A stretch of 64,000 bases of DNA from Planctomycetota bacterium (GTDB taxonomy: Bacteria; Planctomycetota; UBA11346). The translations under genes and the position numbers were made by a program. Of this stretch, positions 44,636 through 54,958 are shown piece by piece; position 1 is the stretch's first letter, and each line of letters begins with the position of its first letter. Below the pieces are notes generated by a model, which saw nothing but the letters and a program-made list of their open reading frames with translations, did no database searches and was not told the DNA's origin. The DNA lies in contig JBBRLJ010000016.1 in the NCBI GenBank assembly GCA_038231435.1, forward strand, positions 1 through 64,000, written 5' to 3'.

Positions 44636-46093
44636 CTATTCGACGCCCGCGCCGGTCTTCCAGGTCATCGCGATCGCTCCGATGTCCTTCAGTCCGCAGG
44701 CGAGCGAGACCGGGCCGCTGGCGTCGCTGGCCAGCGCCTGGGCCTTCCACAGCACCTCCTGGGTGTGGTTCGCCGAATCGGTGACGCGCATGGTGACGCG
44801 TACCGCCGCGAGATCGTGGCCGGTGCCGTTCTGCATGGTGCCCGTCAGCAGCAGGCCGGTCGAGGTCCGCTCGATCTTCTGCGGAGTGAGGGTGATGCCG
44901 TTGGCGGTGATGGGCGCGGGCACGCCGTTCGCGCCCGCTGGGCGCGCGTCGTTCGTCGCGGCATCGCCCGAAGCGGCACTTGCCGCGAGCTTGGCCTTGC
45001 CACCCTTCCAACCGACTTCGTAACCGGCCCAGCCGGCGAGCCCGCCGAGATCGGCGCTGACGTCCTTCTCCTCGTCCTTGGCCAGATGGCCGACCGGGAT
45101 GTCGAACGATTTCAGGGTCTTGCCCGCCTTGTCCTGCAGCGCGATGGTGACCACCACGCCGTCCTGATCGCTGTCGAGGCCATTGCGCACGCGCGCCTTG
45201 AGCTTGCCACCGTCGGCGTGGATCTGCGCGGTCTCGACATCCTTGGCGCCGGTGAAGCCGGCGGATTCCGTCTGCGAGCCTGCGTCGGACTGCTCGGTGC
45301 TGATGCTGACGGTGGCGAAGGTCGGCACTCCGGGCACCACCACCTTCTGCTCCTTCACCGCGCCCGCTGGCACCTCGCCGCCCTCGGGCTTGTGCTTGAC
45401 GGTCTTGACCTCGGCGCCCTTCTCGTCCTTGAAGTGGATGGTCTGGACCACGTCCTGGGCCGGCTTGCCGCCCAGATTCCAGTCGGTCCAGGTGATGGTC
45501 GCGGACTTGGATTTGTCGCTGGTCTCGAAGTTGGTGTTCACCGCGACCACGTAGCCCTGGCCCGAGAGCGCTCCGATCGCGAGCGGAACGGTGCCCTTGT
45601 CGCAGGCGATGAAGGTCTCCTTGCCGCCCGACCAGCTGAGCTCGACCTGGTAGGCGGGGAAGTTCGGGCAGTTGGCGCGGTAGTCGACGTCGGCGCGGCC
45701 GCTCGCGTCGATCGATCCCCACTCCTTCCACTCGCCCTGGTTGAGCACCTGGCGCGAGGGTCCGAGCGTGGCGATACGGGCGCGCAGGCTCTCCACCTTG
45801 GCGGCGCCGGCGACCATGCGCAGCTCCCACTGGAAGAACGGACGGTAGTTCTGATCGGCGCGCCCGCCCCAGATGTAGGCCCCGACGAACACCGGGTCGT
45901 TGCCGATCGGCTTGATGGCCGCGGCTTCTTGGCGCTTGAAGGCGAGCTTGGCGTCTGACTTGCCAGCGTCCTCGCCGGCGATGCCCGAGCCCTTGCCCGG
46001 TTTTTCGGCGCCGGCGGCGGGCCCGGCCAGGCCTATGGCGAGCACAGCTGCCAGGGAAGCTGCGATGGGAGTAGTCAGGAGGGAATGGCGCAT
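44636..46093 (-). CDS. Secreted multi-Ig-like (FxLYD-like) hypothetical protein
   Basis: Signal peptide; repeated N-x-G...V-x-V-T-I-x-F/L-x-D-x-x-G modules (IHFKDEKG, IALQDKAG). Confidence 0.65.
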   Translation of the reverse strand: MRHSLLTTPIAASLAAVLAIGLAGPAAGAEKPGKGSGIAGEDAGKSDAKLAFKRQEAAAIKPIGNDPVFVGAYIWGGRADQNYRPFFQWELRMVAGAAKVESLRARIATLGPSRQVLNQGEWKEWGSIDASGRADVDYRANCPNFPAYQVELSWSGGKETFIACDKGTVPLAIGALSGQGYVVAVNTNFETSDKSKSATITWTDWNLGGKPAQDVVQTIHFKDEKGAEVKTVKHKPEGGEVPAGAVKEQKVVVPGVPTFATVSISTEQSDAGSQTESAGFTGAKDVETAQIHADGGKLKARVRNGLDSDQDGVVVTIALQDKAGKTLKSFDIPVGHLAKDEEKDVSADLGGLAGWAGYEVGWKGGKAKLAASAASGDAATNDARPAGANGVPAPITANGITLTPQKIERTSTGLLLTGTMQNGTGHDLAAVRVTMRVTDSANHTQEVLWKAQALASDASGPVSLACGLKDIGAIAMTWKTGAGVE

Positions 46094-46249
46094 GGACCAG
46101 TGTCAACGCAGGGGGCGGGCGAGGGTTCAAGCGAAGCGGGCCTCGTCGTGTCCGAAGCGTCACCCACAGAGAAGCTTACCCCACGCTTGGGGGCTGTGCG
46201 GGAGAGCTTTCGGAGGCATACTCATCGGTCCTGCTGGAGAGACCACGAC

Positions 46250-47932
46250 ATGGCGCGCAAGTTCCTGGGTGAGATCCTCGTCGAGATGGAGGCCTGCACC
46301 GACAACGAGGTGAACGAGGCCCTCAAGAAGCAGATGGACGGTGAGAAGCGCATGATCGGCGAGCTGCTCGCCGAGGCCGAGGCCTGCTCCCCCGAGGATG
46401 TCGCCCGCGCCCTGGCCGAGCAGTTCGACCTGCGCTTCTACGATCTCGAGACCATCGACATCCCCAAGCAGGTGATGGAGCTGATCCCGCAGCAGGTGGC
46501 GCGCGAAAAGAAGGTCTGCCCGGTCATGCTCAACGGCAAGACCCTGGCCGTGGCGATGGCCAACCCCTTGGATCTCGAAGTCGTCGACACCCTGCGCTTC
46601 AGCACCTCGATGGCGATCGAGGTGGCGATGGCCAGCGAGCGCCAGATCCTCGCGGCGCTCGAGAAGTACTGGGGACTCTCCGAGAACAAGGTCGAGGCCA
46701 TGCTCGGCGAGCTCACCGAGGACATCGCCGTCCGCGCCTCCACCGATAGCGATGAGCACGGCGACGACGCGCTGATCATCAAATTCGTTCAGCAGATCAT
46801 CTCCAACGCCGATGCCAATCGCGCCTCCGACATCCACATCGAGCCGATGGCGGATCATCTGCGCATCCGCTACCGCATCGACGGCGTCTGCTTCACCATG
46901 GATCCGGCGCCGAAGCGCCTCCAGGGCCCGGTCATCCAGCGCCTGAAGATCATGGCCGACATGATGATCGAGGAGAAGCGCAAGCCGCAGGACGGGCGCA
47001 TCAAGGTCAAGCTGCCGAACAAGAAGATCGATCTGCGCGTCTCGTGCCTGCCGTCGATCCACGGCGAAGCCATGGTCATGCGTATCCTCGACAGCGAGAC
47101 GCTGAAGCTGTCGCTCGACGACATGGGCTTCGATCCGTCCGACCTCAAGGCCTACAACGGCCTGATCAAGCGCCCGAACGGCATCATCCTGGTCACCGGT
47201 CCGACCGGCTCGGGCAAGACCACCACGCTCTACGCGACTTTGCACGCGCTCAACACCATCGACCGCAAGATCATCACCGCCGAGGAGCCGGTCGAATACC
47301 TGCTCAGCGGCATCAACCAGTGCGAGGTGCGGCACAAGATCGGCCTCACCTTCCCGCGCATCCTGCGCTCGATGCTGCGCCAGGCCCCCAACGTCATCCT
47401 GGTCGGTGAGATCCGCGACGCCGAGACCGCGCAGATCGCGATCCAGGCGTCGCTCACCGGCCACTTGGTGTTCTCGACCCTGCACACCAACGATGCGCCC
47501 AGTGCCATCACCCGACTCATCGACATGGGCGTGGCGCCGTTCCTGGTCGCCACCTCCATCCAGGCGGTCATCGCCCAGCGCCTGCTGCGCACCAACTGTC
47601 CCAAATGCCAGGAGCCGTACGATCCGGATCCCGCGGCGCTCGCCGCCATCGGCCTCAAGCCCGAGCAGTACGCCGGGCGCAAATTCATCCACGGCAAGGG
47701 CTGCGACCACTGCAAGGGCTCGGGCTACCGCGGACGCAAGGGCCTGTTCGAGATGATGGTGATGAACAAGCAGCTGCGCGACCTGGCCTTCAACAAGACC
47801 GCGACCGCGGACATCCGCCGCGCGGCGGTGGCCAACGGCATGAACACGCTGTCGATGGACGGCGCGCGCAAGGTGCTGCAGGGCGTGACCACGGCCGAAG
47901 AGGTCATGCGCCAAGCCAAGATCGACGACTAG
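46250..47932 (+). CDS. pilB: Type IV pilus / T2SS assembly ATPase (PilB/GspE family)
   Basis: N-terminal MshEN-like FLGEILVEM, RASDIHIEP, PQDGRI, GPTGSGKTTT, LRQAPNVILVGEIRD, STLHTND, two CxxC pairs. Confidence 0.9.
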   Translation: MARKFLGEILVEMEACTDNEVNEALKKQMDGEKRMIGELLAEAEACSPEDVARALAEQFDLRFYDLETIDIPKQVMELIPQQVAREKKVCPVMLNGKTLAVAMANPLDLEVVDTLRFSTSMAIEVAMASERQILAALEKYWGLSENKVEAMLGELTEDIAVRASTDSDEHGDDALIIKFVQQIISNADANRASDIHIEPMADHLRIRYRIDGVCFTMDPAPKRLQGPVIQRLKIMADMMIEEKRKPQDGRIKVKLPNKKIDLRVSCLPSIHGEAMVMRILDSETLKLSLDDMGFDPSDLKAYNGLIKRPNGIILVTGPTGSGKTTTLYATLHALNTIDRKIITAEEPVEYLLSGINQCEVRHKIGLTFPRILRSMLRQAPNVILVGEIRDAETAQIAIQASLTGHLVFSTLHTNDAPSAITRLIDMGVAPFLVATSIQAVIAQRLLRTNCPKCQEPYDPDPAALAAIGLKPEQYAGRKFIHGKGCDHCKGSGYRGRKGLFEMMVMNKQLRDLAFNKTATADIRRAAVANGMNTLSMDGARKVLQGVTTAEEVMRQAKIDD

Positions 47933-48035
47933 CTGCGGTCGTTCTCGCGGGCGATGCCGGCGTTGGCTCACCCTAGCCGTAGATGACTACGGCGTCGGGA
48001 TCGCCGCCTTGGCCTCGCCCGCGATAACGATCCTC
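47929..48035 (+). ncRNA. Structured intergenic element, family A copy 2
   Basis: CTAGCTGCGGTCGTTCTCGC...GGCGTTGGCTCACC...GTAGATGACTAC...GGGATCGCCGCCTTGG...GCGATAACGATCCTC; starts at the pilB TAG. Confidence 0.6.
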
Positions 48036-48052
48036 GCTTGCTGCTTACTGAG

Positions 48053-48174
48053 GGAGAGTCGGCTTTGGGGACTCGCCTTCGGAGACTCGGCTTCGGGGAC
48101 TTGCCTTCGGAGACTCGGCATCGGGGACTCGCCTTCGGAGAGTCGGTTTCGGGGACTTGCCTTCGGGGACTCGG
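48053..48174. repeat. 14-bp tandem repeat with 28-bp higher-order period
   Basis: Eight full units plus a partial one, alternating CTTCGGGGACTYGC and CTTCGGAGACTCGG. Confidence 0.85.
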
Positions 48175-48225
48175 CTCGGGGGCGGGGGAGGCTGGCGCGT
48201 CGGGCCTGGGCGCCAGGATGGTGGC

Positions 48226-49044
48226 GTGGATGCTGAGATCGATCTGACGCAGGAGATGACGGTCGCGGTGCGGGCGGCGCGCGAGGCGGGGGCGGTGGCG
48301 CTGGGGATGCAGGGCGGGACGGTGGAGCGGACCAAGGGCGATGGGTCGCCGGTGTCGGATGCGGATCTGGCGGCGGACGCGGTGATCAGGCACCAGCTGG
48401 CGACGTTCTTTCCGGACGACGGGATCCTCAGCGAGGAGATCACGGACGATCGCGCGCGGCTGGCGAAACGCCGGGTGTGGATCATCGATCCGATCGACGG
48501 CACGCGCGACTACCTCAATGGCATGCCTGGGTGGGCGGTGCAGGTGGCGCTGGCGATTGATGGCGTACTGGTGCTCGGGGTGCTCGATATCCCGTGCGAG
48601 GGCATCTGCCTGTCCGGCATGCCGGGGATCGGCGGTACGGTACTCGGGCCGCATGGAGCTCGCGAGCTCGCGGCGGTCGCCGGAACGGCGGACGTGCTGA
48701 TCACCAGCGGCAGCAAGCGCAACCAGGAGGCGGTCGCCTCGGTACGCGCGGCGCTGCCCGAATTCGCGGCAATGCGCGCGACCTCGGTGGGCGTGAAGGT
48801 GTGGCGCATGCTCTCCGGCCAAGCCGATCTCTACGTGCACCCGCGAGCGATCGCGGAATGGGATGTGGCGGCCCCGGCAGCGGTGCTGCTCGCGGGCGGC
48901 GGCGCGGCCACCGATCTCGCGGGCCGGCCGTTCCGCTTCAACGGCGAATCGGCGCGCTGTCCGGGATTGGTGTTCTCGACGCGCGCGGATCACGCGGCGG
49001 TGATCGAGCGCATGCGGCTCGCCGGCGTGGGACTCGCGCCATGA
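48226..49044 (+). CDS. Inositol monophosphatase / CysQ-family phosphatase
   Basis: TKGDGSPVSDADL, ILSEE, WIIDPIDGTRDY, EWDVAA. Confidence 0.88.
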   Translation: MDAEIDLTQEMTVAVRAAREAGAVALGMQGGTVERTKGDGSPVSDADLAADAVIRHQLATFFPDDGILSEEITDDRARLAKRRVWIIDPIDGTRDYLNGMPGWAVQVALAIDGVLVLGVLDIPCEGICLSGMPGIGGTVLGPHGARELAAVAGTADVLITSGSKRNQEAVASVRAALPEFAAMRATSVGVKVWRMLSGQADLYVHPRAIAEWDVAAPAAVLLAGGGAATDLAGRPFRFNGESARCPGLVFSTRADHAAVIERMRLAGVGLAP

Positions 49045-49679
49045 CGCTCGGCTTCGCGCGCGCATGCGCGCGTTCCCTGACCAAAGACACGACGCTCTCA
49101 TCGCGCGGAGCGGTGCTGCGCGCAGCGGCGCACCTGGCGCTGGTGGTGGCACTGGCGGTGACGTTGCTGGCAACGTCGTCGTGCGGCGACCGCCGCAACC
49201 TCACCGTGGACGAGGCCGAGATCGTCGCCTGGTATGTCGAGGATGTCTCCCATGGCATCCCGCGCCGTCCCGAGGAGCTGCGCCTGGTCGAGGGCAGCCA
49301 GCGTATCGGCCGCATCGCCGAGTGGATGATGGGCAACGACATCCGCGGCGTGCGCGAGCCACCAGCGCTCCTGCAGGCGCGGCGCAACCGCCTGCGGCTG
49401 TTGGGCGACATGATGAAGCAGGGCCTGATCGTGTCGGCGCCGGACTCGGGGTTGCTGGCGCCGCGTCCAGGCATGGAACTGGTCGAGCGCGAGGTGGTCG
49501 AGCCGGTGGTGGACAGCGAGAACCGCGACCGGCGCGCGCTCGACGGCATCATCCTGTCGATGGCCGACGCCCCCGGCGGCATCTCCGAGCGCTACCTGGC
49601 GGTGGTGCGACGGGCACGGTTGGAACTCGACGCGCTCTCTGGCGCCTCGATTTGGAAGCCAAGTCCCAGTAGGAAGTAG
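49041..49679 (+). CDS. Hypothetical lipoprotein (possibly DUF1318/YdbL-like)
   Basis: Lipobox-like LLATSSC, VVDSENRDRRAL segment; ATGA overlap. Confidence 0.55.
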   Translation: MTLGFARACARSLTKDTTLSSRGAVLRAAAHLALVVALAVTLLATSSCGDRRNLTVDEAEIVAWYVEDVSHGIPRRPEELRLVEGSQRIGRIAEWMMGNDIRGVREPPALLQARRNRLRLLGDMMKQGLIVSAPDSGLLAPRPGMELVEREVVEPVVDSENRDRRALDGIILSMADAPGGISERYLAVVRRARLELDALSGASIWKPSPSRK

Positions 49680-49809
49680 GGGGCGGGCGGGTCGCGCGCA
49701 GGTGCGAGGGATAGGGCCGGTTGCGCGGCCGCCGCTCAAGGCGTACGCTGCCGATCCGCCACGGCACCCGGCCGCGGACTCCCAGTCACGGACCCACCAG
49801 CGACGAGCC

Positions 49810-50700
49810 ATGCCAGCAACCACCACGCCGATCCTCCAGGCCTCGCTCGTCGAACTCATCCGCGTGACCTCCACGGTGCTGCCGAAGGACGTGGTGCGCG
49901 CGCTCGAGGCCTCGCGCTCGTCCGAGTCACCGGGCACCAATGCCGCGTACGCGCTCGATGTCATCTCGTGCAACATCGGCCTGGCGAAGGACAAGAGCCA
50001 GCCGCTATGCCAGGACACCGGCTCGGTGCTGGTCTACGTCAACGCCCCGATCGGCTACGATCAGGTCGCCTTCGAGCACGTCTTCATCGATGCGGTCAAG
50101 GAGGCCACCGCCAAGGGCTACCTGCGCCAGAACTCGGTCGATTCGGTGACCGGGAAGAATTCCGGGGACAATGTCGGTCCGGGCACGCCGGACTTCCACA
50201 TGCACCAGTGGCGACGCGACTACGTCGAGGTCAGGTTGATGCTCAAGGGTGGCGGCTGCGAGAACGTCGGCGCGCAGTACGCGCTTCCCGATCCGCGCTG
50301 CGGCGGCCGCGATCTCGTCGGCGTTGAGAACGCGATCCTCGATTGCGTGCTCCAGGCGCAGGGACAGGGCTGCGGCCCCGGCATCCTTGGCGTCTCCATC
50401 GGCGGCGATCGCGCGAGCGGCTACGCGCACAGCAAGACCCAGCTGCTGCGCATGCTCGACGATTCCAATCCAGACCAGGTGCTTGGCGAACTCGAGGAGC
50501 GCATCGTCGCGAAGGCCAACCAGTCGGGCATTGGCCCGATGGGTTTCGGCGGCGCGACCACGCTGGTCGGCTGCAAGATCGGCAAGCTCAACCGCGTGCC
50601 GGCGAGCTTCTACGTCACCATCAGCTACATGTGCTGGGCGTTCCGCCGGCAGGGCATCGATCTCTCCGCGGGCGGAGAGATCGGTCGCTGGTTGTATTGA
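49810..50700 (+). CDS. Fe-S fumarate hydratase class I, alpha subunit
   Basis: PLCQDTG, YLRQNSV, KGGGCEN, GIGPMGFGG. Confidence 0.92.
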   Translation: MPATTTPILQASLVELIRVTSTVLPKDVVRALEASRSSESPGTNAAYALDVISCNIGLAKDKSQPLCQDTGSVLVYVNAPIGYDQVAFEHVFIDAVKEATAKGYLRQNSVDSVTGKNSGDNVGPGTPDFHMHQWRRDYVEVRLMLKGGGCENVGAQYALPDPRCGGRDLVGVENAILDCVLQAQGQGCGPGILGVSIGGDRASGYAHSKTQLLRMLDDSNPDQVLGELEERIVAKANQSGIGPMGFGGATTLVGCKIGKLNRVPASFYVTISYMCWAFRRQGIDLSAGGEIGRWLY

Positions 50701-50731
50701 TCTCGCGCCCTGGCCGCTCCGGAGTCTGACG

Positions 50732-51304
50732 ATGAGCATCGTGACGTTGACCACCCCCATCACCGACGAGCAGGCGCGATCGCTGAAGGTCGGCGACACC
50801 GTCGAGCTCAGCGGCCGGCTGTACACCGGCCGCGACGCCGTGCACCATCGCCTGCACACGGGCGTGAAGCCTCCGGTCGACCTCGCCGGGCACATCATCT
50901 ACCACTGCGGTCCAGTGATGGTCCAGGAAGGCGGGAAGTGGGTGTGCAAGGGCGCCGGCCCGACCACCTCCTCGCGCGAGGAGCCGTACCAGTGGGAGGT
51001 CATCCGCGATCACCGCATCCGCGGCGTCATCGGCAAGGGCGGCATGGGCGCGAAGACGCTCGCGGCGTGCAAGGAGCACGGTTGCGTCTACCTGCACGCC
51101 ATCGGCGGCGCCGCGCAGGTGTGCGCCGAACGCATCGTGCGCGTCGACGGCGTTGACTGGATGGACCTCGGCAGCCCCGAGGCGATCTGGCACCTGTGGG
51201 TCGAGCGCTTCCCGGTGATCGTCACCATGGACAGCCACGGCAATTCCCTGCACAAGCAGGTGTTCGAGGCTTCGTCAGAGGCGCTGGGCAAGCTCAAGGC
51301 ATGA
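50732..51304 (+). CDS. Fe-S fumarate hydratase class I, beta subunit
   Basis: TGRDAVH, IYHCGP, GPTTSSR, IGKGGM, PEAIW, MDSHGNS. Confidence 0.92.
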   Translation: MSIVTLTTPITDEQARSLKVGDTVELSGRLYTGRDAVHHRLHTGVKPPVDLAGHIIYHCGPVMVQEGGKWVCKGAGPTTSSREEPYQWEVIRDHRIRGVIGKGGMGAKTLAACKEHGCVYLHAIGGAAQVCAERIVRVDGVDWMDLGSPEAIWHLWVERFPVIVTMDSHGNSLHKQVFEASSEALGKLKA

Positions 51305-52104
51305 CCACGCGCGACCGCGGGCTGTTGCGGGCCTGCGTGCTCGCCATCTCCGTCGCCGGATGCTTCTCCGCCATGGGCTGCATCCGATCGCGCGAGGCCG
51401 CGCCGGGCGAAAAGCGCGCCGCCTTCGCGCCCCATGCCGAGCGCATGGTCGGCGACGTCGCCTTGCGCGACCACGTGCTCGCGCGCACCGCGTTGCTGGT
51501 GGTCGGGGCCGAACCGCTGGCGGTCGGCATCGATGCCGATGGCTGCTCGCTCGACGTCGCCCCGGGAGTGGCGAGCGTCTCGCTCGCCAGCGCGGCGCTG
51601 ATCGCCACGGACGGCTACCTGCTGACCGCCGCCCACGCCGTGATGCGCGAACCGGTGTATGCCTGCCTGCGCGCGTCCGACGGCTCCACCCGTGTGTTCC
51701 GTTGCCGTGTAGTCTGGCGTGGCGATGCGGACACCGCCTGCCGCGATCTGGCGGTGCTGCGCATGTCCGGCGATCTGGCGGTGCCGGTGTTCACGTGGTC
51801 CGCTCGGATCCCCGCGTCAGGTTCGATCGTCATCGGCCGCGGCATCGGCTTCACTGCCGGCGCGTGCCTGGGTACGGAATCATTCGCCGCCGACGCGCAC
51901 GCCCCCGCCAGCGTGGTGGTCGCGAGCGACGAGCCGACCCAGGACGGCGACAGCGGCGGACCGCTGGTGGACATCGACGGACGGTTGATCGCCGTGCAGT
52001 CGCGGATGCAGGGGACGTGGTCGGGTCACCGTAGCGCGGCGGTGCGGCCAGATCTGGGTTGGCTGGAGGCGCTCCTCGCCGCAGACCGCGAACGGACGCG
52101 TTGA
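51301..52104 (+). CDS. Secreted/lipoprotein trypsin-like serine protease
   Basis: [21 protein letters not shown] catalytic triad motifs. Confidence 0.85.
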   Translation: MTTRDRGLLRACVLAISVAGCFSAMGCIRSREAAPGEKRAAFAPHAERMVGDVALRDHVLARTALLVVGAEPLAVGIDADGCSLDVAPGVASVSLASAALIATDGYLLTAAHAVMREPVYACLRASDGSTRVFRCRVVWRGDADTACRDLAVLRMSGDLAVPVFTWSARIPASGSIVIGRGIGFTAGACLGTESFAADAHAPASVVVASDEPTQDGDSGGPLVDIDGRLIAVQSRMQGTWSGHRSAAVRPDLGWLEALLAADRERTR

Positions 52105-52129
52105 GGAAGGCCCGGAGCTCGCGCTCGCG

Positions 52130-53704
52130 CTAGATCTTGGCTTCGCTCTTCGCCAGGGTTTCGCGGATGGTCTTGGTCAGGACCTGCGAGGTGAACGGCT
52201 TGGGCAGGAAAGCGGACACCGTGCCTTTCTCGCGCTCCTGCTCCATCTGCTCGTCGACGTGCCCGGAGATCAGCACCACCTTCATGCCCGGCACCGTCGC
52301 ACGGATCTTGGCCGCGAGCTCGAAGCCGTTGATGCCCGGCATCTTCAGGTCGGTGATCACCAGATCGATGGCGCTACCCTTCTGGGCCAGGATGGACATC
52401 GCCTGCTCGCCCGAGGACGCGGTCAGCACGCGGTAGCCGTTCTCGCCGAGGACTTCTGCCAGGATGGCGCTGACATGCACTTCGTCGTCGACCAGCAGGA
52501 TGCACTCGGTTCCGCGCTGCGCCTCGGCCGCGTTGGGCTTCTCGGTCGTGTCGGCGCTATGCTCCTGGCGCGGCAGGAAGATGGTGAAGGTGGTGCCCGC
52601 GCCGCGCACGCTGTCGACGTGGATGTGGCCTTTGTTCTGCTGCACGATCCCGTAGACCGTCGACAGGCCCAGTCCGGTGCTCTTCTCGCCTTCCTTGGTG
52701 GTGAAGAACGGCTCGAAGATGCGCGGCACCACCTCGGGCTCGATGCCCAGGCCGTTGTCCTGGATCGACAGCGTGGTGTAGATGCCGGGCGGGATCGAAT
52801 CGGGCTGGCCGTCCTTGGCCTCTTCGAGGATCTCGGTGCGCGTGCGCACGGCGATCTGGCCGCCGTTGGGCATCGCGTCGCGCGCATTGAGCACCAGGTT
52901 CATCACCACCTGCTCCATCTGTGCTGGATCGGTGAGCACGCTGCCGAGCTGCGGGCCGAGGTCGAAATCGAAGGTGATGTCCTTGCTGATCACGCCGCGC
53001 AGGAGCGGCTCGAGATCGCGCACGATGTGGTTGACCTCGATCAGCTGCGGGCGCATCTGCTGGCGGCATGCGAAGGCGAGCAGCTCGCGCGTCAGCATGG
53101 ACGCACGCTGCGCCGCCCACTGGATGGCCTCGGCGTGGCGCAGGGCCTTGGGATCGGCCACCACGCGCGGGCGCAGCAGCTCGCAGTTGCCGATGATGGC
53201 GGTGAGGATGTTGTTGAAGTTGTGGGCGATGCCGCCGCTGAGCCGCCCGATCGCCTCCATCTTCTCGAGGCGGCTGATGCGCTCCTCGCGCGCGCGGTTG
53301 GTCTCTTCCCACTGCTTGCGCTCGATCGCGTAGCGGATGGTGCGCGCGAGCTGATCTCCGTCGAGGCTGTCCTTGGGGATGTAATCCTGCGCGCCCTTCT
53401 GCACCGCCAGGCAGGCGAGGGTCGCGTCGTTGAATCCGGACAGGATCACGATTGGGACATCGGCGGCCTTGTTGTGGACGTTGATGAAGGTGCCGAGCCC
53501 CGTGGAATCCGGCAGCGACAGGTCGAGCAGGATGACGTCGCATTTGCGCTGATCGCCGTCGAGGTACGCCACCGCCTCCTTCAGGCGTCCGCAATGGGTG
53601 ATGTTGTAATCGGTGTTCAGGCCCTCGGCGAGGTACTCCTGCAACAGGCGGGCGTCGCCCGGGTTGTCCTCGACCATCAGGATGTTCACCGAATGCGCTG
53701 CCAT
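52130..53704 (-). CDS. Cytoplasmic hybrid histidine kinase (REC-HisKA-HATPase-REC)
   Basis: ILMVEDN...[38 protein letters not shown]-terminal REC (TDLKMPG, LPKPF). Confidence 0.92.
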   Translation of the reverse strand: MAAHSVNILMVEDNPGDARLLQEYLAEGLNTDYNITHCGRLKEAVAYLDGDQRKCDVILLDLSLPDSTGLGTFINVHNKAADVPIVILSGFNDATLACLAVQKGAQDYIPKDSLDGDQLARTIRYAIERKQWEETNRAREERISRLEKMEAIGRLSGGIAHNFNNILTAIIGNCELLRPRVVADPKALRHAEAIQWAAQRASMLTRELLAFACRQQMRPQLIEVNHIVRDLEPLLRGVISKDITFDFDLGPQLGSVLTDPAQMEQVVMNLVLNARDAMPNGGQIAVRTRTEILEEAKDGQPDSIPPGIYTTLSIQDNGLGIEPEVVPRIFEPFFTTKEGEKSTGLGLSTVYGIVQQNKGHIHVDSVRGAGTTFTIFLPRQEHSADTTEKPNAAEAQRGTECILLVDDEVHVSAILAEVLGENGYRVLTASSGEQAMSILAQKGSAIDLVITDLKMPGINGFELAAKIRATVPGMKVVLISGHVDEQMEQEREKGTVSAFLPKPFTSQVLTKTIRETLAKSEAKI

Positions 53705-53959
53705 GTTGAGGTCCTCGAGGAAAGGCCGATGGATGGTCACTGGGCCACGGGGGTGATCCGTGAACCTCACCGGCACTATCTCCGGACCTGGCCCAGACCA
53801 ATCCTGCTTCCGGGATACTTTCCACGGAGGCCGCGCCCGCGGGGCCCCTCACGAACAGCGAGGGATGGAACAATTGAAGCGGTTAGTCGCAAAAAGCGGA
53901 AGCCAGGAGCTGCCAGCGAGAGCCGCTTCGGCCGCGGACCCTCCGCCTATCCTGCGCGC

Positions 53960-54958
53960 ATGAGCCAGGCCGACATCTGTCCAGGGGGCGGTCCAGGGGG
54001 TGATCGAGGAGGCGGTCGAGGATGCGGGCGTTTCGCGCCGTCGACGACCGGCCAGGCCCATCCCGGCACGCTCTTGGCGGCGCTGCTGTGCTGGCTGGAC
54101 GCGCGCAGGCGTGGGGAGCGGGTGCTGCTGCGGCTCGAGGATCTCGATCCCGAGCGCTGCCGGCCTGAGCTGGCGGCGGCGCTGATCGACGACCTCGCCT
54201 GGCTCGGCCTCGACTGGGATGGCGTGGCGCATCAGCACGAGCTCGCGGCGGATCACGAAGCCGCTCTCGATCGTCTGGCTGAACTCGGGGCCCTGTACCC
54301 TTGTCCCATGGGCCGGGCAGAGCTGCAGGCGCTCGGCCGCCGCGCCCCCGATGGCGGCTGGGCCTATGACAACCGCCACCGCGGACGCGCCTTGCCGCCG
54401 GGTGGCTGGCGGGCCTGCCCGGATCCAGTGCGCGCGATCCTGCCCGAGGGTGTGTTCGCGCCGGTGGACGAAGGGGGGTTGTCCTTGGCGCAGGATCCAT
54501 CGCTCGCCTTCGGCGATCCGGTGGTGCGGCGGCGTGACGGCGCCGTGGCCTACCAGCTGGCGGTGGTGGTGGACGACGCCGCGGCGGGCGTGACGCGAGT
54601 GGTGCGCGGGCGCGACATCGCGCCGAGCAGCGCCCTGCAGGCGGCACTGCAGCGGCTGCTCGGCCTGCCCACGCCGAGGTATCGACACCATCTGCTGCTG
54701 CTCGAACGGCGCGGGCGCAAGCTGGCGAAGCTGCATGGCTCGGTCGGGGCGGCCGAGCTGCGTGGGAGCTACGATGCGCGTGCGCTGGTCGGATTCCTGG
54801 CGTGGTGCGCAGGGCTCGTTCCCCGGCCCGAGCCCTGCGCCGCCGCGGACTTGATCGGCGATTTCGCATGGGAGCGCGTGCGTGAGGCCGACCTGACGGT
54901 GGAGTGGGACGGCGCGCGCCTTGACGCGCCGGAGCTCGCCGGCGCGGGCCTCCAGTGA
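53960..54958 (+). CDS. gluQ: Glutamyl-Q tRNA(Asp) synthetase-like (GluRS paralog lacking the anticodon domain)
   Basis: [39 protein letters not shown]; short length. Confidence 0.8.
   Translation: MSQADICPGGGPGGDRGGGRGCGRFAPSTTGQAHPGTLLAALLCWLDARRRGERVLLRLEDLDPERCRPELAAALIDDLAWLGLDWDGVAHQHELAADHEAALDRLAELGALYPCPMGRAELQALGRRAPDGGWAYDNRHRGRALPPGGWRACPDPVRAILPEGVFAPVDEGGLSLAQDPSLAFGDPVVRRRDGAVAYQLAVVVDDAAAGVTRVVRGRDIAPSSALQAALQRLLGLPTPRYRHHLLLLERRGRKLAKLHGSVGAAELRGSYDARALVGFLAWCAGLVPRPEPCAAADLIGDFAWERVREADLTVEWDGARLDAPELAGAGLQ

Noticed and set aside
48053..48174. CRISPR array
   Set aside because: Units are contiguous 14-mers with no unique spacers, and there are no cas genes.
52259..53959. Long N-terminal extension of the 899-aa ORF ending in gluQ
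   Set aside because: It is antisense to the hybrid histidine kinase; GluQ similarity begins only near 53960.
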